Positions 25,498 to 31,243 of a DNA stretch of 31,243 nucleotides are shown here, one piece after another. Both the position numbers and the translations under genes were made by a program. The DNA lies in assembly GCA_046262595.1 (NCBI GenBank), contig JBHEMM010000017.1:16438-47680 (forward strand), in the 5' to 3' direction. This stretch comes from Vulcanimicrobiaceae bacterium (GTDB taxonomy: Bacteria; Vulcanimicrobiota; Vulcanimicrobiia; Vulcanimicrobiales; Vulcanimicrobiaceae). The notes below the pieces were generated by a model. That model saw only the letters and a list, made by a program, of their open reading frames with translations, was not told the DNA's origin and made no database searches. Position 1 is the first letter of the stretch. Each line of letters opens with the position of its first letter.

Positions 25498-28400
25498 CTA
25501 CGGCGCGGCTGACGGCGCCGGCGACGGCGACGCACTCGCGGGCTGCGGGCCGCCGGCACCGCCGCCGCGGGGTTGCGGGCGCATCAAGTAGAGGCCAATT
25601 GAGGGGGTGTAGTTGAGCGCTGGCGGACGCGCACCGTCGAGGCCGAGCTTCGTGAGGTCGTCCTTGCTTGCCGCGGCAACATGACCGCAGTTCAGCAGCG
25701 CGGGAATCTCGCCGATGTCCGCGGCTTCTAGCGAGTACCACGTTCCGCCCGTTGCCGTATGAGGCGTAATCGTCCATTCGGACGCGGCCGCGCCGTTTTT
25801 GAAGTGCGCCTGCAACTGCGCGAGCGCGCTCTGCGCAGCGCCGTGCAGCTGCGCGGTGCATACCGTGCCGATCGCATGGAGTTGGAACGGCGCTGCGGGC
25901 GGCGTTTTGGGCAGCGCGTACATGCGGAAGCTTTCGGCTCCCGACTGCGGCGGACGCTGCACGAAGTACAGGCCCACCGACGGCATAAACGTTACCGTGG
26001 GACGGAAGAACATCGCCCCGCCGGGCGGCACGGGAGGAACGTACAGTTTGCGCTGCGTCGCCGTTGCGACGTCCGTCGCGTGGAACGTCGTGCATCCGAA
26101 AAGCGAGCGCAACGCGGCGGTCTGGGTCATTGCAATCGAGAGCGCATACGTGCTTCCCAAACCATGATACTGCACCGTTAAGCCGGGAATACTCGCGGCG
26201 GGTGCCGTTGCGGGGTAGGCGCCGCTCGACTTGAGCGCTTCAATTTGACGCGTGTACGCCTTGAGCGCATCGAGGATCGGTTTTGCGGTCTTCTGCGCGT
26301 CCGCCGTGCACATCGGCGTCGCGTTGACACCGAGCGGATCGGCGGGCGGCGGCGATTGGAACTGCCGGAAACCGCCGCGTCCGCGGCCGCCCGGGCCTTC
26401 GGCGTTTTGCGCCAGCAGCGTACGCGAATCGGCTTGCGCGACCGACTGGCCGAAACGGATCGTGTACGTCGCGGTCATTTGCTGCGGCGCGTTCGGCCGC
26501 GCGATCGTTGCGATCTGGGTGCCGCCCAGGGTCGTGTACGGCACGGCCCACGTCGAGCCGGCGAACGTGCCGGCATACGTATTAAAAATATTGCTTGCGG
26601 CAAACGTGAGATCGCCGCGCGAGAGATGCACGTTCACGCCGGCATCGGCGGTGGTGTACGCGGGCAGGTTCTGATTGTTGTTCGCACCGGTGTAATGCGC
26701 GTCCGCGATAAACTCCACCGAAGAACGCGGCGCTTTGTAATCCAGCGTGATGCCCGCGCGGTGCAGCGGAACGTTCGGCAGCTGCGCGCCCGGTATCGTG
26801 ATCGCATACGGATTGTTCAAACGTACATCGCCGCTGAGCGCCTTGGCCACTTGAATGTTGTAGTACGGCTGGACGACCAGATTGCCGGCCGTGAAATAGC
26901 CGGAGAGCTGCGCGCCTTCATAGACGCGGCGCACGCCCCCGATGGGCGTCGAGTAGTACACATATTGGCTGGCGTTTGCCGGGGCGAATGGCGGCGGCGC
27001 ACCGCACGAGGACGCGAAGTTATTGTAAACGCCGTTGAAGTACCCCGGCGGGAAAAGGCCGCTCGAGGCAAGCACCGATCCATTGACTTGCGTGGGGAGG
27101 ATGACGTCGCGCTGCACTTGCCGGTAGAACGAGGCGCTGACCTGACCGGCGCGCATCTTATGCGTGGCGCTCAAACGCGCGGAGCTTGACGACGTTGCGC
27201 CCGGCCGATCGCCCGGAGCGTTTCCGTAGGCGATGTTCCCGCTGCAGTCGATCCGCAGCGACGACGGATCGCTCAACACGCCGAACCGTCCGGGCCCCGC
27301 GGCGTTGCCGCCCAGATTGTAGCTGAGCGCATACGTGTCATTAGCGGTCGGCGACCATTGCGTTCCGACGCCAAGCAGCACGGAAGACCGCGCGTTGCTG
27401 GATTGACTCAATCCAAGCGAGTCGTTGAAGCGCAGTTTGGTGTTCGAGCGCACGGAGTCGTTGATGGTCAACGACGAGTAACTCGTTTTCTGCCCGGAAA
27501 AGACGAACGGCGCGGCTTGCGGGACGAGCGGGGTAAACTGACTGCTGCTGCTCGAGCTGTAGCCGCTCACCGAAATCGTGTGCCGGTCACGCGAAGGCAG
27601 AATCGCGCTGAAGGTCAGGCCACTCGTACGCATCGCCTGCGAGGAGCCCGTGGGCTGCGCGACGCCGTTGACGTAGCGGTCGAGTTGGTTGCGCGTGGAG
27701 CCGTTGTTCATCCCGTATGCGGCGAGCTGGAGCTGCGTCTCGCCCACAAGCGCGCTATCCGTCAACGAATAGAGATCGAACCTCGAATCCGAGCTGTTGC
27801 CGGGCCCGTACCCGCACGGCAGCGGCCCGGTAATCTGCGCGCACACCAGTTGCGAGCCGCCAACCGAGCGCATGAACATCGCGCTCAAGGTCTGCGCCTC
27901 GCTCGGCTGATACCGCAGCTTGACCATCGTGCCCAGCTGCTGGCTGTCGCCGTCGTGCGAATAGTCGAGGCCGCTCGTATCCAAAAATGTTTGCCCGTCG
28001 ATCAAGCTGGGCTGTAAACGGTACGAGTGCATCACCGCTAAGCCGAACTTGCCCAGCGAGCCGCTCTCACCGAACGAGTAATTATTTTTTCCGTAGCTTC
28101 CCACCGACGCGGAGAGTTCGGACTGCCAGGAGATAGTCGGGGAGAGGGTATTAAAATTGACGCCGCCCGCAACGCCGCCGGCCTGCGGTCCGAACGAAAC
28201 GGTCGAGCGCGTAAAGAGATCCGTGCCGATGCCGCGCAGATTGCCCGCGGTCCCCGGCGCGTTGAGCGGAATGCCGTCCAAGGTCAGCGCTGTTTGGCTG
28301 GCATCCTGGCCTTCGAGCGAAACGGTTTGCGTCGCATCGCTATCGCTGCTGGAGGTTGCGACGCTCACGCCCGAGAGTTTGCCCAGCGCGTCTGCCAACG

Positions 28401-28836
28401 TATCGGAGAGCTTGCGCTGTGCGCTGTTTTGATCGATCGACGTGCTGGAAACCGTTGCGGTGGAATGCGAAGTCACCGAGGCGATCGTTTTGAGTGTTGC
28501 GGACGCTGCGAGCGCCAGCGCCACCGTCACCGTAACGACGCGGCCGTTCGTCACTTCGAAGTTTTCCGAAGTCACCGTTTGGAAGCCGCGCGAAAAGACA
28601 CGGGCGCGGTAAATGCCGTCGGGCACTTCCGTGAAACGCACGCGGCCGTTCTCGCCGCTGAATTCGCTAGTAATGACGGGGCCGTCGAGCATAACGCGCG
28701 CAAGCGCAACCGGCGCCTTTGTATCGGCATGCTGCACGACGATGTCGATTTCGCCGGTGTCGGATTGTGCGCCGGCGGGCAGCGTACCAAAGAGCAGCGC
28801 AGCGATCGTGAGCGCGCAAACGAGGCCTCGTATCAT
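25498..28836 (-). CDS. TonB-dependent receptor-like protein with N-terminal carboxypeptidase-regulatory-like domain and a long C-terminal extension
   Basis: Signal peptide; 'GRVRFTEVPDGIYRARV..GFQ'; plug 'LADALGKLSGV...LTLDGIPLN...GGVNFNT'; barrel end 'LPAYTTADAG...SNIFN...ATYTIRF'. Confidence 0.85.
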   Translation of the reverse strand: MIRGLVCALTIAALLFGTLPAGAQSDTGEIDIVVQHADTKAPVALARVMLDGPVITSEFSGENGRVRFTEVPDGIYRARVFSRGFQTVTSENFEVTNGRVVTVTVALALAASATLKTIASVTSHSTATVSSTSIDQNSAQRKLSDTLADALGKLSGVSVATSSSDSDATQTVSLEGQDASQTALTLDGIPLNAPGTAGNLRGIGTDLFTRSTVSFGPQAGGVAGGVNFNTLSPTISWQSELSASVGSYGKNNYSFGESGSLGKFGLAVMHSYRLQPSLIDGQTFLDTSGLDYSHDGDSQQLGTMVKLRYQPSEAQTLSAMFMRSVGGSQLVCAQITGPLPCGYGPGNSSDSRFDLYSLTDSALVGETQLQLAAYGMNNGSTRNQLDRYVNGVAQPTGSSQAMRTSGLTFSAILPSRDRHTISVSGYSSSSSSQFTPLVPQAAPFVFSGQKTSYSSLTINDSVRSNTKLRFNDSLGLSQSSNARSSVLLGVGTQWSPTANDTYALSYNLGGNAAGPGRFGVLSDPSSLRIDCSGNIAYGNAPGDRPGATSSSSARLSATHKMRAGQVSASFYRQVQRDVILPTQVNGSVLASSGLFPPGYFNGVYNNFASSCGAPPPFAPANASQYVYYSTPIGGVRRVYEGAQLSGYFTAGNLVVQPYYNIQVAKALSGDVRLNNPYAITIPGAQLPNVPLHRAGITLDYKAPRSSVEFIADAHYTGANNNQNLPAYTTADAGVNVHLSRGDLTFAASNIFNTYAGTFAGSTWAVPYTTLGGTQIATIARPNAPQQMTATYTIRFGQSVAQADSRTLLAQNAEGPGGRGRGGFRQFQSPPPADPLGVNATPMCTADAQKTAKPILDALKAYTRQIEALKSSGAYPATAPAASIPGLTVQYHGLGSTYALSIAMTQTAALRSLFGCTTFHATDVATATQRKLYVPPVPPGGAMFFRPTVTFMPSVGLYFVQRPPQSGAESFRMYALPKTPPAAPFQLHAIGTVCTAQLHGAAQSALAQLQAHFKNGAAASEWTITPHTATGGTWYSLEAADIGEIPALLNCGHVAAASKDDLTKLGLDGARPPALNYTPSIGLYLMRPQPRGGGAGGPQPASASPSPAPSAAP

Positions 28837-28853
28837 AGGGTGTTTGTACCGGG

Positions 28854-30275
28854 TTAAGTATTGAATTTCATGAGAACGGTCGTCCCGGCACCGGGCGAGG
28901 TTTCGATCCGGATTCGGCCGCCCGCCCGGTCGATTGCGCGTTTTGCGATCGCAAGCCCGAGGCCCGTTCCCGGTATTTCGCCGCGCGCGTCTCCCCGGTA
29001 GAACCGTTCGAATGCGTGCATGCGCTCGAACTCGTTCATGCCCGGCCCTTCATCGCGTACGCTGAGCACCGTGCTGCCGTCCTCACGAAACGCCCGAAGA
29101 TGAATGGGCGCGCCCGGCGCATATTTGAGCGCGTTTTCGATCACGTTCCAGACCGCTTCACCCACTTCTCCCCGGTCGGCGAAGATCTCGTTCGCGCCGT
29201 CCACTTCATAATCGATGAGGCGCCCGTCATCCATGCGCCGTGCCGCTTCGCACTGATCGCGCAAAAACGTCGTCACTTCAATCGGGCGCGGCTCGGGCGG
29301 CGCATCGGAGTCCATGCGCGCAAGGCGCATGAGCCGGTCGATCAGGCCGCGCATGTGCTCTTTTTCGAGCGCCATCGTGCCCAAAATTTGTCTAGCCACG
29401 GTCGGCTCGGCAATCGCTCCGCGGCGCAGCACGTCGATGTAACCGCCGATCACCGTAAGCGGCGTGCGCAGTTCGTGACCGGCATCCGCAACGAACTGGC
29501 GCATGCGGCCCTCGGTGCTGCGCCGCTCTTCCATTGCGCTCGCGACGTTGGCAGCGGCCTCGTTGTACGCCTGCGTGAGCGTGGCGATCTCATCGCCACG
29601 CGAGGTGACGAACCGGCGCTGCGTGTAATCGCCGCCCGCAAGCGCTTCGAGCGATCGCGTAACGTCGGTCACCGGCGCAAGCGCTTCCCGTGAAAAGTAC
29701 ATGCCGATGAACCACGACGCGGCGATTGCGACGATCGCGATGCCGAAAACGATCCACCAGTACGGTATCAAGTTCGCGAAGATGATCCAGTCCGACGCCG
29801 CAAACGTAACGTAGCCGCCGGGCACCGCGGCGATGCTCCGCCAATCGTGGCGCGGGCCGGGCGGCGGCGGAAGGCCCGGATGCGCGCCCCGAATCGGCAT
29901 CTCAAGCGGTTCGCCGCTGCGCCCTGCCGAGGGCAGGCGCACGCGCCCGGAAACCACCTGCGAGAGGATCATCGGACGCACCGACGGATCGCCCGCCAAA
30001 AAACGGCCGCCCATGTCGTACACGGCGACGTGCAAGCCGATACCCGAAACGCCGTGCACGATCGCCGGTGCCGCCTCCTTGAGCGTGAGGCCGTTTTCTT
30101 GCATGCGTGCGGCTTGAAAGCGCGCCTCTTCGTGCTTGGCGATCAGGATGTCGCTGCTGAAACCGGAGAGCTCGTAGATCAGCGCGACCGACGATGCGGC
30201 GATAACCAGCACGACGGTGATGCCCAGCAGCATCGCGTACAGGGTCGCTAAACGCGATGCCAGCGAGCGTTTCAC
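28854..30275 (-). CDS. HAMP-domain sensor histidine kinase (HisKA + HATPase)
   Basis: Two TM segments, HAMP, 'FVADAGHELRTPLT', 'NVIENALKY', 'DEGPG', 'FERFYRG', 'GTGLGLAI'. GTG start 30275 overlaps the regulator stop. Confidence 0.95.
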   Translation of the reverse strand: MKRSLASRLATLYAMLLGITVVLVIAASSVALIYELSGFSSDILIAKHEEARFQAARMQENGLTLKEAAPAIVHGVSGIGLHVAVYDMGGRFLAGDPSVRPMILSQVVSGRVRLPSAGRSGEPLEMPIRGAHPGLPPPPGPRHDWRSIAAVPGGYVTFAASDWIIFANLIPYWWIVFGIAIVAIAASWFIGMYFSREALAPVTDVTRSLEALAGGDYTQRRFVTSRGDEIATLTQAYNEAAANVASAMEERRSTEGRMRQFVADAGHELRTPLTVIGGYIDVLRRGAIAEPTVARQILGTMALEKEHMRGLIDRLMRLARMDSDAPPEPRPIEVTTFLRDQCEAARRMDDGRLIDYEVDGANEIFADRGEVGEAVWNVIENALKYAPGAPIHLRAFREDGSTVLSVRDEGPGMNEFERMHAFERFYRGDARGEIPGTGLGLAIAKRAIDRAGGRIRIETSPGAGTTVLMKFNT

Positions 30276-30946
30276 TGATGCAGCCCGTAACCGACGCCGC
30301 GAACGGTGCGGATAAACGAGACCGGCTGATTGCGATCGATTTTCGCCCGCAGATACGAAATATACGTTTCGACGATGTTCGGCCCGCCTTCGAAGTCGTG
30401 CCCCCAAACCAGTTCGAGCAGATGATCTTTGCTGAACACGCGGCGCGGTTCACGCATGAAGATCTCCAGCAGATCGAATTCCCGCTGCGTGAGTTCGAAC
30501 CGGTCGCGCCCCAGCCACGCCTCGCGCGTGTCTGGATTCATCGCGACGTCGTGCCAGCGCAGCACGTGCTCTTCTATGAGTTGCGGGCGGCGCAGTTTGG
30601 CCTGAAGACGCGCGATCAGCTCTTCGAAGACAAACGGCTTGACCAGATAATCGTCGGCGCCCGCGCCTAAGCCGGCAATCTTGTCGGCGGTTTCGCCCTT
30701 CGCCGTGAGCATGATAATAGGCGCCTGCGTAATCTCGCGCAAACGCGGCAGCAGCGTGACGCCGTCGATCTTCGGCATCATGATATCGAGAACGATCACT
30801 TCCGGGTTCCAAGCACGCACCAAATCGAGCGCCGCCAAACCGTCGGCTGCCGTCTTTACGGTGAAACCTTCGCGGCCAAGCCCCAGTTCGAGCATTTCGC
30901 GGACGTAGCGGTCGTCGTCGACGACCGCGACTCTTGCGGGTTGCAT
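30272..30946 (-). CDS. OmpR/PhoB-family response regulator (MprA-like)
   Basis: 'VAVVDDD', 'LDIMMPKIDG', 'MLTAK', 'GADDYLVKPF', winged helix 'IRTVRGVGY'. Alternative start 30955. Confidence 0.96.
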   Translation of the reverse strand: MQPARVAVVDDDRYVREMLELGLGREGFTVKTAADGLAALDLVRAWNPEVIVLDIMMPKIDGVTLLPRLREITQAPIIMLTAKGETADKIAGLGAGADDYLVKPFVFEELIARLQAKLRRPQLIEEHVLRWHDVAMNPDTREAWLGRDRFELTQREFDLLEIFMREPRRVFSKDHLLELVWGHDFEGGPNIVETYISYLRAKIDRNQPVSFIRTVRGVGYGLHQ

Positions 30947-30997
30947 TGCAAACATCTTCTGCCCGATGCTCGCCGCAAACCCTTGGAAGCGGCTGTG

Positions 30998-31243
30998 CTA
31001 GGCCACCCGGCGGCGCCGCTGGCCGCTGACGACGGAGGCTTCGCGGATGGTTTCCAAGGGGTGCGCGACCAAAGCGACCCCGGCGGTACGCACCTGGGCG
31101 CACGTTGCCTCGTCGGGAAGCCAATGCGAGAAGACGTGGACTTCCGCGCAGCCGGCCGCCGCGGCCAGCGTCGTGAGCACATCGGCCAGCGAGCAGTCGC
31201 CCTGCGCGCGCAATGGCGCTTCAACGCTCTCGCGGAACAGGCA
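30998..31243 (-). CDS. Hypothetical protein, C-terminal part (runs off the window edge)
   Basis: Open frame to the window end: CLFRESVEAPLRAQGDCSLADVL...VHVFSHWLPD...VAHPLETIREASVVSGQRRRRVA*. Co-oriented with the response regulator. Confidence 0.55.
   Translation of the reverse strand, partial: CLFRESVEAPLRAQGDCSLADVLTTLAAAAGCAEVHVFSHWLPDEATCAQVRTAGVALVAHPLETIREASVVSGQRRRRVA

Overview
GC-rich bacterial chromosomal window, densely coding, with no rRNA, tRNA, CRISPR array or transposase detected. The gene content (TonB/TBDR, several S53 lipoprotein proteases, MalT-like regulator, Terrabacteria-like housekeeping genes) suggests Vulcanimicrobiota/Eremiobacterota, but this is inference only. The left part is housekeeping: a minus-strand run uvrB-doxX-GH38 alpha-mannosidase-HAD-uvrA (partial), divergent from prs-rplY-pth-argB-like. 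Next come a GGDEF gene and a degenerate M48 peptidase (minus). A tightly coupled plus-strand operon follows: TPR/ATP-grasp, group II PLP decarboxylase, MalT-like STAND-LuxR regulator, and an S53 lipoprotein with 4x DNPSALPG repeats. Then a STAS gene and two tandem sedolisins share a symmetric bidirectional promoter centred on a NarL-like palindrome. The rest is an acetyltransferase remnant, a Tag-like glycosylase, an S9 peptidase, a TonB-C protein, and a minus-strand response regulator-histidine kinase-TBDR operon whose receptor has a duplicated ~317-aa extension after the barrel. Most notable: the symmetric promoter, the TBDR C-terminal extension, the ATP-grasp/decarboxylase/STAND operon, pth lacking a canonical start codon, and several apparent pseudo-enzymes.
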